A stretch of 63,708 nucleotides of DNA, filler included, from Octopus bimaculoides (Eukaryota), in assembly GCF_001194135.2 (NCBI RefSeq). It is 5 parts of 5 records of this genome, joined end to end, with 100 filler letters (N's around TTAATTAATTAA, not from the genome) between each part and the next. Parts side by side here need not be neighbours in the genome. Positions count along the whole stretch, not along the records: positions 1 to 31,388 come from NC_068984.1; 4 more parts are not named here. One strand, 5' to 3'. The position numbers were made by a program, and so were the translations under genes. Positions 1-11,810 of the stretch are shown here, one piece after another. The notes beneath the pieces were generated by a model, which worked only from the letters and a program-made list of their open reading frames with translations, was not told where the DNA came from and did no database searches. Each line of letters opens with the position of its first letter. Position 1 is the first letter of the stretch.

Positions 1-48
1 TATATATATATATATATATGCATGCACGCATACACACACACACACACG

Positions 49-182
49 ACGGTCTTCTTTCAGTTCTGTCTACCAAATCCAGTTATAAGGCTTTGGTCGG
101 TCCGACTAGAAGACGCTCAAGATGTGACGCAGTGAACTGAACACGGAACCATGTGAATGGGAAGCAAGCTTCTTATTACACG
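49..182 (-). mobile_element. SINE family A (tRNA-derived), degenerate partial copy
   Basis: Reverse complement resembles the GGCGTGGCTGTGTGGTAAGAAGCTTGCTTCCC...GGATTTGGTAGACGGAAACTGAAAGAAG unit repeated at 22508, 33722 and 43771. Confidence 0.75.
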
Positions 183-704
183 ACGATGATTCAAATGCAA
201 ATATGCTAGTCGCTGATGTTGGAGAAGTTGTTCTCCTGTGACGTATACAACAGCGATTAGCATATTTGCATTAGAGTCTGCTGCAATGTATTATGAATAA
301 ATATGCCAGTCAGTGATCCCGTTGTACACAGGCGCAAAAATCGATTTTTTTTATTGGTCGACAAATATAAGCTCTGGTCAGCAAACTCTTTTCCAGGTGG
401 TTTCTTTTGGCTCCAAGTCCGGGTGCATCTGGCTGACGAGACACAGCATGTCAAAACACTGGTGTACCAGAACCCTATGCACCAACTAGCCGAGTGTGTT
501 ATTAACACACTGTCGTCGTAAAAGGAAGACGTTGTTCTCTTGCGACGGACGCAACAGCAACTAGCATATGTATTTGAATCTACCGAAATGTATTAAGAAC
601 AATTATGCAAATCATCGTTTCAAATCCCTCTGTATACACTACAAATAAATATATATATATATATGTGTGTGTTTTGCGTATATGATTATGTAAGAGAGCT
701 ACTT

Positions 705-870
705 TTTCCCATATATATATTTTCTCCTTGTCTCCGTATTCTTTCTGTTGAAGAGCGTAGCTCGAAACGTCAAAGACTTTCCGTATTCCCGAGCGTCATA
801 CTAATATATACTTTTGTTATTTACACCACCTGTCCTCGTCTGTTGTTATTATTTGTATATTCTCCCATAT
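705..870 (+). mobile_element. Penelope-like element terminal-repeat fragment with hammerhead-like motif
   Basis: TGAAGAGCGTAGCTCGAAACGTCAAAGACTTT...TTTACACCACCTGTC is shared with 10420-10575. It is flanked by (TA)n and folds as a minimal hammerhead at 740-776. Confidence 0.55.
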
Positions 871-1090
871 ATATATATATATATATATATATTGAGGGAA
901 AAGTAGATCTCGGAGCACACATAAAGCTATATATGATAGCAAGTAGACATTGGGTTAAAAATCCCTTTTAGATAGAAAAAGTTGGACCACTATTCCAAAA
1001 GAAAAGAATTATTTCACGTTCTCTGGAAACTTTATAAAATGTCTATGACGTCAACATGGGGCAGACAGGCAGACAGACAGACAGACAGAC

Positions 1091-1128
<38 letters not shown>

Positions 1129-2110
1129 GTGTTTATTTTTATGTCAGGTTCTATATATAAACAACTTAACATTAAACTGGAGGGTAACTCAATATTTTTT
1201 AGTAGTGTACATGTTTATTAAACTTTTAGAAAGCGAAACTTCGAAGCTACTGTCAACGTTTTCTGCATAAAAGTTAAATGAGTGTATATTTATACATCAG
1301 GACGCCATGTCAGAAATGCCATGTACATACACGAATATCTCACACCTTTTGTACAGTCGACAAATTCAACTTTTGTATCATATATTAATAGAACAGGTGA
1401 TAGAACAGAAATAGAAAGGTGGTCACCATGCTACATATACAATATATCATCGGTAAAGTGCGAACTCATTTTAGGAGATTTGAAGAAAGTTTCAGAAAAA
1501 TGGAAGAAGTATTGCTGAAATTTTTAAGAACACACGAATAAACTCGTATTGAAAGACTTCAATTTCCCCATCCTCAAATGTTCAGAGCTCTATATTCGCT
1601 GGAGTAGATCAAAAGAGAAGCACAGACGTAGCTATAGTGATGTTCATGAAAATAAATAATCCACTGTCCGATAAGAGACTAGAACTCTTCTCTGCTTCAC
1701 AAACACTGTGGAACCCAACCACATTTTAATATGTTGACATAATGTTCTCTCAAGTAATTATAGAATTAAATATGCATATTAAAAAAGAAAAAGTTTGTTG
1801 CTCAGTATTTCAGAAAAAAAAAAAACACTCAAAGTCTATCCAAACTGTATTTTCACAAGTGTCACTAGAAATCAATATGAACTGGCGCCAGATTCTCTCT
1901 GTGCAAGACAATAACACAATACACAAGGATTTTGTCAATAATGCTAAATAAATGCATTCAACACATCCCAGACAGCAAGGCTAAAAGTTCACAAAACCAT
2001 CATCATGACACTGAATAGGAAAGTTTTCTCGTGACAAAGAACAAAGTGACATTCTTCAACAGCCATACATACATACATACATACATGCATACATACATAC
2101 ATACATGCAT

Positions 2111-2201
<91 letters not shown>

Positions 2202-3904
2202 CATATTATACACGTTAGTGAACAGTTGGCAATTATCCGGCCACAAATATTGAAACCAATACGAAAATATTTACATGATGATATAATGAAGAAGTCAATT
2301 ATAGCTGCGATATGTGCTAAGATATATATATAGAGAGAGAGAGAGAGATAGATATACACACACATAAACATACGTACATAATTAAATGCATATATACACA
2401 CATATGCATATGAATATACGTATACATAAACACGAATACATAAGTATATATACGTATATGTCTATACGTACATGCATGCATACACACACATATTTTATGC
2501 ATGCATGTTCATATGCGTGTGTGCATATATATACGCGCGCGCGCATGTGTGGTATAGTTGACATATGCCCAATTAACTAAAGTCCAATGATCATCAATTT
2601 GGACAAAATGTGTGTATGTATAACATTTGTTGTTGTTGTTGTTTGGCCCTTATCGAGCTGGTCTGTAATCAATGATGTTTCAGATGTAACCTTTCGATCT
2701 ATTTTACCACATCTAGCTATTGCCTGTGATTTAAGACATATTTTGGTTGCTATTCACCTCAGATTGAGTAACCGGGTATGAGTCCTTTCATTGGCTCGGT
2801 AGCTCCTTTAGTGGTCTTTGTGAAAGCAGCTGATATTTCAGTTGTCTTCTCTATGTGTGACACATTAATTCTTCATTGGTTCGCTTTAAAGGCAGCACCA
2901 AGCTAAATTTATTACTGCATATCAATGCCGAATTTACTACTGCATATTCAATGCTTTCTACAACATCTAATAAATGTAGTTTCAACTGAACCTTCAATTA
3001 AACTTGAAACGCATAACATATAAGTTAAACATATAAAGAGTAATCATTCAGAAAGCATGACAATGAACCATCCAGCATAAATATAAAAATCAACCACCCA
3101 GAGAGAGAGCACCGTTAGACAGGTGCAAAAGAAATGAGGCAAACGATAAAAAAAATCTTCTCCTTAACTGAGGCTACAGAACAGTTTAATGACATAAGAA
3201 GGCAAAATATATAAATAAATATGCAACAATTATATAGAAAAGGCAAAGCTATTCACATACCAAAACATCCTAGACATACCAGAAGGAAGAAAAGTATCAT
3301 ATACTACAATTTGCCAAAGAAAATTAATGTTAAGAGCAACTTATCAGAAAGCATTTCCGGGAAAGCCACACATTTCGACAGGTGTTTAATAGGAACAACG
3401 CTTGAATACAAGGTTTTTTAACCTTTTTACGATTCCCAACTGCTATAATATCTCCGTATTTCCTTCTTCAAATCGTAGAAATCATCATCATCATCAATGC
3501 CAGTCCTATTACGTATCGGTATAACTTGAAAAATACCAATATATTTATATGAAGTTATATTATTGATTGAACATTTACTAACTGTTGTAGTTATATCCAG
3601 ATTTCTGGATATAGTTTAGCTTGTTTCTAATTCTTCTACAGGAGCAAGAAAACGATGCTTTTTATAAAGTTAAAGAAGTGATTTTAAATTCTCAATCGCA
3701 GGATAATGCTAATAATATAGCCTGAACAGGATAAACTACCCCTATTTTGCAGAAAAAAGTGTAGGTGGTTAGCTATGAGACTCGAACTCACACCTCCGTG
3801 ATTACGCGTCACGATGCTCTGACCGATTGAGCTAAACTCCCCCACTACAGATTCTTAAAGGAACAGGAAAGAAAATCATAAGGTTTTTGGCGTAGTTATT
3901 TAAA

Positions 3905-4070
3905 GAAAATATGATCTCAAATTTTGACACAAGGCCAGCAATTTTAAAAAAGCCCCACCGAAATGAAAAGCAAAGTCGACCTCGATGGAATTTGAACGCA
4001 GAAAGTAATGAGTCGGAGAAAATGCCGCTGAGCATGTTGCCCGACGCGCAAACGATTCTATTAGTTCGCT
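3905..4070 (-). mobile_element. SINE family B
   Basis: Contains AAAGTCGACCTCG..GGAATTTGAAC, shared with at least 14 other copies in the window. Confidence 0.8.
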
Positions 4071-5076
4071 GGGTTATTTATAGAAAAGAATACGAGCGAT
4101 CGAGTAGCATACACCCAGTCTTTAGTTCCCCCTTTCCGAGGAGCGTATGTATATTAAGGGTTAAGAACACCAACTCTAGTACCTCATTAAAATACTCTAG
4201 AATTATTTTCCAAATATTTGTAATACCCTCAAAAACAATAATGTAAAAACTATATATGGAAAAACTGTATAAGCATTGAACCCCTTCTATCTGGAGGAAG
4301 AATATCTTCATATATAATCATTAATGAGCAGACGACTAGCTACGAACCAATAAGAGACCTATGAAATCGCTTGACCTGCCAGAAACAGCGACTACTTTTT
4401 TTCTTAAACAAAGAAGGATACGTTGGATAATATAGTTCTAGATACCACTATAGCGACGAGATGGTCATGGCTTGAATGCCTTTGATCATGGGTTTGCCCG
4501 ATCTGGAATGAACAAGGTCTAAAAAATAAGAACAATATGTCTAGCTATAGAGGAATTACAAAACATGTATGCACACATCGCCAATACATATTTAAGCGTT
4601 ATTACTTGGAGAACAATATGTATTTTTAAATAACAGTGCAACATTCAAGATTTTATTCAGGAAATGTGAAATAGAAGGTAAGAAATTAATATTGTATAAA
4701 CAATTTTAGACCGAGTAATAAATAATTTTGAGAGAGGAGATCTATACAATCAAACCTATTTTAATTTTAAACAAAAAAAAAATGGCGAGTTTATATTATG
4801 TAGATTATTAACTGTGGATGAATTATAGACTGAGCAAGACTTCAGTTCAAAAAATAGTTCTATATATTAAACCATAAACAGACAGACAGAGAGGTAGGTA
4901 TGTAGGCAGGTAGAAGCTAAGCTTGCAACAGGAGTAACTCAAATGTCAAATGTTTTGTACTAAGGTGCTTATGGAACAGTTTGTGTGCAAGTGACTAGCG
5001 TATTTGAATGTAAGTGCATAAGAGAATGAAGGAGTAAGAGAGATTGAGAGAACGAGAGAGAAAACGATGCCTATAC

Positions 5077-5242
5077 AAATGTATTTATACATCCTTCGTA
5101 TATTTTTATGAATAAATGTATTTCGTGTATTTTATGAATAAATGTATTTATACGTCCTTCGTATATTTTTATGAATAAATGTATTTCATGAATTTTATGA
5201 ATAAATGTATTTATACGTCCTTCGTATATTTTTATGAATAAA
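5077..5242. repeat. Compound minisatellite, 37-bp and 26-bp units alternating A-B-A-B-A (63-bp period)
   Basis: A=AAATGTATTTATAC(A/G)TCCTTCGTATATTTTTATGAAT; B=AAATGTATTTC(G/A)TG(T/A)ATTTTATGAAT. Confidence 0.9.
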
Positions 5243-5643
5243 ATCAGTCTTCCTGAGAGTAGAGCGGATGTTTAGATTATATATCATTAACTATACACTA
5301 TATAGTTTCAAGCTTCAACTGCTATATTTGTATGATTCTGAGCTCTCGTACATCCGTTGTTAAAAGCAAAAGGACCAGTGCAATTCTCCTTAATTCTTAG
5401 CTTTGGGATATTAAAACATAACTACAGCTCAATCATAAGATCTGCATTTAGGTTTGAAAGACTCGACATAAAACTAGTTAACAGCCTTTCAAGCTGTATC
5501 TTTGAAGGGACATGATCTAATAAAAGCTGAATCCCATATAAACTAATATATATAGGCAAATAATTGATTAGAAGCATACACAGATACAAACATACGAAAA
5601 CGTGCATAATAAATATATGCATGTACACCTACGTACATACAGG

Positions 5644-5711
<68 letters not shown>

Positions 5712-6368
5712 ACATACATTCATCCTTGGATAGGTATAATGTATGTATCTGCATATTTGCATATAGTTATATAAGCTAGATAAATTAAAAGACTTACGAA
5801 TGGATAGAGAGAGAGAAAGAGAGACAGAGAGGTGGGGAGAGAGGGGGAGAGAGAGAGAGGGGGGAGAGAGAGAGAGAAAGAGATGGCTCCGGGATATTTA
5901 CAACAGGTAGTGCTTAGGCAGACTGAAACTATAATTAATAGTTATTAAATAAAATATGTAGACAAATTTCCAATGCATAATAAAATAATAAAAATGCTAA
6001 TTGAATGGCGATTCACTGAATAATTCCATAAACGGCTAATATTTTGATGTTAGCTTATTATAACTGCCCATAACTTTCAATTATCATATACATACTAACG
6101 CTAGCAATATTTAATATAAGCGCTGCGGGTGAAGCTTCAAAATGTATTAATATTGCGTCGTACGACATAAAACCAGAATAATTTCTGTCTTTCGCGTAGA
6201 ATTAGACCGCTCATTAGAGAGCGAAAAGTCTACATGTGCGTGTTAAATCGTCTGCCTCTGGTGATTTAACTAATTTCGTGGCACAAGTTTTCTTTTATGT
6301 AAGTGTAAAAACTACTACTAATGAATAGTTACATTTATATATAAAATACATATGCCACATTATATCAT

Positions 6369-6407
<39 letters not shown>

Positions 6408-7114
6408 TATTCTTTGCGAGTTATATATATATGTATGTATGTATATGTACATATTTGTGTGTGGTGAGGTCAACAACTGACTCGAAATTATAAAAATGCA
6501 AATTTGTAACTTTACTATGTTATACATGTACAGACACATATACACATGCGTGTGTGTGTGTGTGATGGACTCTCCCGTCGAAAACGACGTGTGAGCGTTC
6601 AGCTCTTTCGAACGACCGCCACAAATGATTTGTTCATTGAAATGAAATANNNNNNNNNNNNNNNNNNNNNNNNNNNNNNNNNNNNNNNNNNNNNNNNNNN
6701 NNNNNNNNNNNNNNNNNNNNNNNNNNNNNNNNNNNNNNNNNNNNNNNNNNNNNNNNNNNNNNNNNNNNNNNNNNNNNNNNNNNNNNNNNNNNNNNNNNNN
6801 NNNNNNNNNNNNNNNNNNNNNNNNNNNNNNNNNNNNNNNNNNNNNNNNNNNNNNNNNNNNNNNNNNNNNNNNNNNNNNNNNNNNNNNNNNNNNNNNNNNN
6901 NNNNNNNNNNNNNNNNNNNNNNNNNNNNNNNNNNNNNNNNNNNNNNNNNNNNNNNNNNNNNNNNNNNNNNNNNNNNNNNNNNNNNNNNNNNNNNNNNNNN
7001 NNNNNNNNNNNNNNNNNNNNNNNNNNNNNNNNNNNNNNNNNNNNNNNNNNNNNNNNNNNNNNNNNNNNNNNNNNNNNNNNNNNNNNNNNNNNNNNNNNNN
7101 NNNNNNNNNNNTAT

Positions 7115-7218
7115 ATTTACAATCTGGTACTTATTCTATCGGTCTCTTTTGCCGAACCGGAGATATAAACAGACCGACACCGGTTGTCAAGCTGTGATCG
7201 AGGACAGACACAAATAAG

Positions 7219-7261
<43 letters not shown>

Positions 7262-7440
7262 TATATATATATTTACGATGACCTTTTCATATTTTCTGTC
7301 TTTCAAATTCAAATTCACTCACAAGGCATTGGTCGGCCTGGGGCTATAGCAGAAGACATTCTCCCAAGGTGCCACGCAATGGGAATGAACCTGAAACCAT
7401 GTCGTTGCAAATGGAGCTTCTTAACCAAACAGCCATGCTT
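7115..7440 (-). mobile_element. SINE family A with internal (CA)n/(TA)n microsatellite
   Basis: TACTTATTCTATCGGTCTCTTTTGCCGAACC module, then microsatellite, then CACTCACAAGGC..GGCTATAGCAGAAGACA core. Confidence 0.8.
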
Positions 7441-8015
7441 TCGCCTATGAGGATTTAATGTACACCAAATGAATAACTTTAATGAGTAAACTAAAAATTC
7501 ATTCCGAATGAAAAAGTAATTTATAATACAATAGTTTTGTTGTGTTTTTATGCAAGTTTATTTCTATCTTTTACGTGTTTGAGTTTTGTCTGAAAATCTC
7601 AATATTTACACATGTAATATAACAGACGTATTGTAGTTTTTAGTTTTTTTGAAAACACTGTTCTTAACATCAGAAAATTTTAACCATCAGACATGTCAGG
7701 GTTTGGTAAACATATATAACAATTCAGTTATCGTTCAACGTGCTGAAAATAGCGGCCAATCCACACTCGTAAATAAAGGATATAGTTCGTGATAGACAAA
7801 TGACGAGATTATCATGACTGGATTTTTTCATCGTAGTTTTTCAAATAAGCCCGATCCGAAACCACACAGAGATATTTATTTCGTGTCAACGATAGAGAAC
7901 TTCCGCGAGGGCGTGTGACCTGCTAGTTATAGCAGCCAAAATACTTCAAATAACATTCTACTGTCTTAAATTTAGAAAGGATACTTTGGAAAATGATTTT
8001 CCATACACTCAGACA

Positions 8016-8055
<40 letters not shown>

Positions 8056-8099
8056 TATGCATAATTATATATATATACATACATATATATATATATATA

Positions 8100-10200
8100 C
8101 ACACATACATGCACACATACATTTATTTTCTACAGAAGCATTTCTCTCCAGTCCACAAATACCAGATACTCCTCATTTAAAAAAATATTAAAAACTTATA
8201 TTCAATCACCCAAAATTTTGCACAAATAGTAGAGAACTTTCTGCCGACCAAAACACGTGTAATTAAACATGACCTCAGTTTCATTGATAGGCTTAACCAC
8301 TATTTTCTTCAAAAACAAATTTTATCAACATACACATACTTTTAGAAACCAGAACAGAAACGAATTATACCCTTCTTTCGAACAAGATTTTCAAAACATT
8401 AAAACTTTTTAAAACTGTTATATTTCATAATAGGTAATAATTTCCTAAAAACATACACCCTTGCCTAGAACATTGGTACATCCCTAGTAATTATTTTTAT
8501 ACTTTAATTTCATTTCATTTTCACCTAGATAGAAAAAGTTTCAAAATAAGTTTCATTGTCACTAGCAGCCAGACTATATTTTTTTTTAAAATATAGCTTT
8601 CTTTATCATTATAACGTGTCTACTTTACAAACTATACAGTTCCTCTTATTAATCCGTTTAATTGTCTAAACTTACACTCAATTGTTATCTCTTTAGTATT
8701 TATATCCTTTTACTTATTAAATTAACTACCTACAAATTCCTGTTAAACCATCAACTTATTAAGCTTTAACACATTTATATTAGTGTAAGAAACTTTTTTC
8801 GCATCTTCTTTCCCAGCCACCTCTAATTAGTAGACTATATAATATTGTACATCTTATTCAAACTTGTAAACTTACCCACATTTTTTTTCTACTATCTCCT
8901 TAGTTTGTTCCTACTTTATTTCATCCCGTTACTGTTACCTCATGATAATTTATATTCCAACTCATTCTAATGTATTCACTTTCGCACACTTCCTTTTAAT
9001 TGGATGTTATAGATTGCATTTGTTTCTGAAGATAGTATAAGAATTTTTTTTCTACACCTTGTCCAAAGATCTATCTCTATTTTGATTCAATCCACTTTTT
9101 GTTATAATCGTTTATATATCTGCTTATATCCTAATGTATTTATTGCCACACATTTTCCTTAAATTTTATGCTGTATGTTATATTTATGCTATATCTTATA
9201 TTTTTTACTTGTTTCAGTCATTGGACTCCGGCCATGCTGGGGCACCACTTTGAAGGGTTTTGTCGAACAAATCAACTAATATGCTTTTGTTAAAAAGTCT
9301 GGTACTTATTCTATCAGTCTCTTTTGCCGAACCGCTAAATTACGGGGACGTAAACATACCAACACAGGTAATCAAGTGGTGGTGGGTAAAAAGCACAAAC
9401 ACAAAGACGCACGTGCACACACACACACATACACACACACACATACACACACACACATACACACACACACATACACACACACACATACACACACACACAT
9501 GTATAGGTAAGTGCGTATGTATACGACGAGCGTCTTTCAGTGTTCGTTCACCAAATCCACTCACAAGGCTTTCATTGGCCTGGGGTTATAGCAGAAAACA
9601 CTTTCCCAAGATATGCAGTGAAACAAGCCGAAATCATGTGTTTGGGAAACAAACACTTACCACATAGCCACATGTGCACCTCTGAAAATTAATTAGTTGG
9701 CCTTCTTGAAAGCCTGTAGTCTCAAATTTTCTCTTCTCTGTTTCCCACATCTATCAATTTAACGACATCCTCTGTACCCAATTTTTAGCTCCACATTTTA
9801 TTTTCAAATTACATCACCAACTGTTTTTCGTAGTTAACTTCGAATATTTCTCAGCCAAAACAACACGTTTTTTACATTTAATAATACTTCTATTTAACAT
9901 ACAAATTATTCTCAGCAACGACTGACATCATCCTGTATAAAATGCAATGTTATTTTAGAACATACACGTTTTATAGACATCGCTTTGCATACTTCACTAA
10001 GAATAAGCATTTGCTCCACAAATATTAAGAGGATCTGTTTTACCTCATTTATTATTTCCAGGTTGTTTTTCAAGCTTGTGCTTATATATTTATAGACTTT
10101 TAGATACATTTTCACTAAACACATTTTCTCATGAATAATGTTATGAAAAAGAAAACATGTACATGCAATATTTTAATCTCTTTGTACGTCTTTGGATGCT
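8100..10200 (-). mobile_element. Possible highly decayed LINE remnant, interrupted by a SINE A at 9204-9672
   Basis: AT-rich, strand-asymmetric sequence with short protein-like pieces (e.g. CSKITLHFIQD) that loosely recall an RT-associated zinc-binding region. Weak. Confidence 0.3.
9204..9672 (-). mobile_element. SINE family A, near full length (head, core, microsatellite, 3' tail)
   Basis: TTACTTGTTTCAGTCATTGGACTCCGGCCATGCTGGGGCACC tail through (CA)n to CCAAATCCACTCACAAGG core and CTTACCACATAGCCAC head. Confidence 0.85.
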
Positions 10201-10349
10201 TATCACTTTATTTCCGTCAATACCAAATAGTTACAGTCCTTTTCGTCGGCTTTTTCTAATTATTAAGGTAGAAAAATTATGAGAAAAGCCATTTCTATTC
10301 ATTTTATCAAATACTGTACCAAGGACTTTCTATTTCTTGTTCTACTATA

Positions 10350-10638
10350 TACACATATATATACATATACATACGTACATACATATATATAGATCGCTGA
10401 CCACTACATTTATATTTTTCTTCTTGTTTCTCTCGTTATTTCTTTCTGTGTTCCTTTCAGTTGAAGAGTGTAGCACGAAACGTCAAAGACTTTCTCTATT
10501 CCCGAGCGTTAAACTAATACATCCATTTGTTGTTTACACCACCTGTCTTCGTCTGTTGTTTTTTTCGTAAATTCTCCCATATATATATACATATACATAC
10601 GTACATACATATATATAGATCGCTGACCACTACATTTA
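10350..10638 (+). mobile_element. Penelope-like fragment in partial tandem arrangement
   Basis: Matches 705-870. The leading block ...TATATAGATCGCTGACCACTACATTTA occurs at about 10352-10412 and again at 10580-10638. Confidence 0.55.
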
Positions 10639-10659
10639 NNNNNNNNNNTATATAGTAAC

Positions 10660-11358
10660 CCTTCAAAAGAGTGACATATCGGAAGAGAGATATAACATCC
10701 ACACAGTTGGATCGAATCGTGGGGAATGACGTACTTGGTTTTTTTTCGTGGTCTTCCTCTACTTCTTGAAATTATGAGTCTACCTAGCATATAGGTATCG
10801 CCAAAATATTTATAAACTGGTTCAGCTTCATCTGAAATGTTATTAGAGAGATCTAAATATGCATTGTGGATTTCATCTGGGTGTGAAAATGCGAGAGTAG
10901 CCAGCTGTCGTAAACTTAAGGCTAAACTCTCATTACTTTTATATGCATCAACAAAGCCGTTCTTTTGAATACTTCGGTGCTCCCTAGAGGATAGTTTGTC
11001 TTTACACTTCTGGGATTTGATAAATTTGTATTCATCCATTATGGGCAAAACGATAATTAACAATAGAATAAGCGACCAAAAGCTCCAGAGTCAACTGAAC
11101 TATTTTCCTAAAAACGCTTTAACACTTATTTTAACAGATACGGTTAAGTGATGGTTAAGTCAATAATTGTATGCATAATATCATTATAGAAGCATGAAGT
11201 CAATTACCATTGTAACAGTTTTAAGTCTGAACCCTTCCAGAATAGGAAAACTACACAAACAACAGTTAATGTTCTTTTATTTAGATTTGTCACTCTTTCG
11301 TTATGTCACTCATTTGCTATGTCACTCTATCGAAATGTCACTCTTTCAATTCACACCC
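10660..11358 (-). mobile_element. Internally deleted Mutator-like (MULE) DNA transposon
   Basis: The minus ORF reads MDEYKFIKSQKCKDKL, then IQKNGFVDAY...LRQLATLAF..PDEIHNAY...YFGDTYMLGR...RGRPR, resembling FLYWCH/MULE transposase segments. GAGTGACAT subrepeats occur at both ends in inverted orientation. Confidence 0.7.
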
Positions 11359-11424
11359 ATATATACGTACGGGCGCGCGCGTGTGTGTAATTCTTTTCTT
11401 AAATTATTAGTCAACCACGGCACA

Positions 11425-11810
11425 GGCGCAATGGCCCAGTGGTTAGGGCAGCGGACTCGCGGTCATAGGATCGCGGTTTCGATTCCCAGACCGGGCGTTG
11501 TGAGTGTTTATTGAGCGAAAACACCTAAAAGCTCCACGAGACTCCAGCAGGAGATGGTGGTGAACCCTGTTGTACTGTTCCACCACAACTTTCTCTCACT
11601 CTTACTTCCTGTTTCTGTTGTGCCTGTAATTCAAAGGGTCAGCCTTGTCACACAGTGTCACGCTAAATATCCCCGAGAACTACGTTAAGGGTACACGTGT
11701 CTGTGGAGTGCTCAGCCACTTGCACGTTAATTTCACGAGCAGGCTGTTCCGTTGATCGGATCAACAGGAACCCTCGACGTCGTAAGCGACGGAGTGCCAA
11801 CAACAACAAC
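11425..11810 (+). mobile_element. SINE family C, full length (tRNA head, (CAA)n tail)
   Basis: A-box-like TGGCCCAGTGG and B-box-like GTTTCGATTCC. Highly similar to 18624 and 21578. Ends GGAGTGCCAACAACAAC. Confidence 0.9.

Noticed and set aside
11425-11490. tRNA gene-like sequences at SINE heads (also 18624, 32325, 31160)
   Set aside because: They continue into SINE bodies and lack a complete cloverleaf.
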